Positions 63,030 through 64,000 of a DNA stretch of 64,000 nt are shown piece by piece (position 1 is the stretch's first letter; each line of letters begins with the position of its first letter). Source of the stretch: Vicugna vicugna (lineage: Eukaryota). The stretch is taken from NCBI GenBank assembly GCA_013265495.1, contig MU058213.1, positions 7,456,066 to 7,520,065 on the forward strand, in the 5' to 3' direction. The translations under genes were made by a program, and so were the position numbers. The notes beneath the pieces were generated by a model. It was not told the DNA's origin. It did not search any database and saw only the letters and a program-made list of their open reading frames with translations.

Positions 63030-63529
63030 AGAATCGGGCAGGGGCTTCCTGGGTAACTGCTTCTAATTAGCATCATCGTTCAATTAGTCACTTAGTTTTG
63101 TTTGATGTTTTACGCGAGAAACTATTTTAGAACAAGAAATCCTTCATTCTTACTTTCATTCAAATGGACTCGAAAGAAGCAATTTCCTTCACAGGCCCAT
63201 GCAGAATTAGGGATTATATTACTGACTCCAAAATAGCTTAAAATGAAGAAGTATTTAACAGAACAAAATGAAGGAAGCTGCACACTGCCTCATCCGGGGT
63301 CCGTGGGGCCCAGCTTTCTCACAGAGCTTGTATCCACACAGCTACACACATGAGGGTTCACTGCGTGTTGAGAAAAGTGCCTGAATCTAGCAGGACTGGA
63401 ATGAAGCAGATAAAGGCCCTACACGTTAGGGTCACCCAGTCTATTAAGGGAGGGGATAAGAAAAAATAAAAAGTGCTATGATAAAAGGTGATTTTTATTT
63501 GCCTCTTTCTATGGGTCACGTAATCTTTC

Positions 63530-63700
63530 AAGTTCCCTATCTCATTTCATCCTCACAACAGCCTTATTAGGTGGGTTCTATTATTATACCCATTTTCCAG
63601 ATGAGGAACCTGAGTCTTAGAAGCCTTAAGTAAGTTCTCAAGGGTCACAAAGTCTGTAAGGAGGAGATTTGGGTCTTGCCAACTCAGCAGGCCAAATTTA
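63530..63700 (-). mobile_element. MIR SINE
   Basis: tatctcatttcatcctcacaacagcc...cccattttccagatgaggaacctgag. Confidence 0.85.
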
Positions 63701-64000
63701 TATCCCCATGTTATTCTGCTTAAGAGCACAGAAGGTATGTGGGGGTTCGGGTAGGTGGGGTGCTCGCTGGGCTGGCTGTGCTGGGCTGGAGTAGGGAGAG
63801 CTAAGCACATCCTTTTCTCTCATGACAGCGCTGCTCCACATCAGAGCAAATTCAGCATCCTGGGTGCCTGCAGCTTTCAGAATCGGTGTTAAGGTAGCCC
63901 CTTCCCTTTGAACTTGCCCGTCCACGCAGCCCTGGCAGCCTGACGGTCAGCAATGCCTTTGTGGCTACTCTTTCTTGGTGGGGGAGAAACCATAACCAGC

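Noticed and set aside
1..64000. Supplied six-frame ORFs as genes; any prokaryote-style operon, CRISPR array or defence system
   Set aside because: The ORFs are short, overlapping, often inside repeats and without recognisable domains. The DNA is mammalian, and I saw no repeat-spacer array.

Overview
This is mammalian genomic DNA, not prokaryotic. It is most likely camelid (alpaca/llama/camel), judging from a Vic-1-like tRNA-derived SINE and artiodactyl-type L1 3' ends. It reads as a long intronic or regulatory stretch made of interspersed repeats (MIR, L2, L1, MaLR LTR, hAT MITEs MER5/MER53/MER102, a Charlie-like remnant), microsatellites, one 99-N assembly gap, two CpG-rich promoter-like regions (~8.6-9.3 kb and ~59.4-60.2 kb) and several motif-dense enhancer candidates. 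I recognise no protein-coding exon, and none of the supplied ORFs resembles a known protein. The host gene is unidentified; splice-signal orientation weakly suggests a minus-strand, multi-promoter gene. The best-supported unexpected observation is an ancient CR1/L3 LINE ORF2 fossil (~38.9-39.7 kb, minus strand) that is still readable as protein and is split by a younger L1 insertion. I find no support for a novel multi-gene system. Repeat family calls come from recalled consensus similarity, not database searches, and boundaries are approximate.
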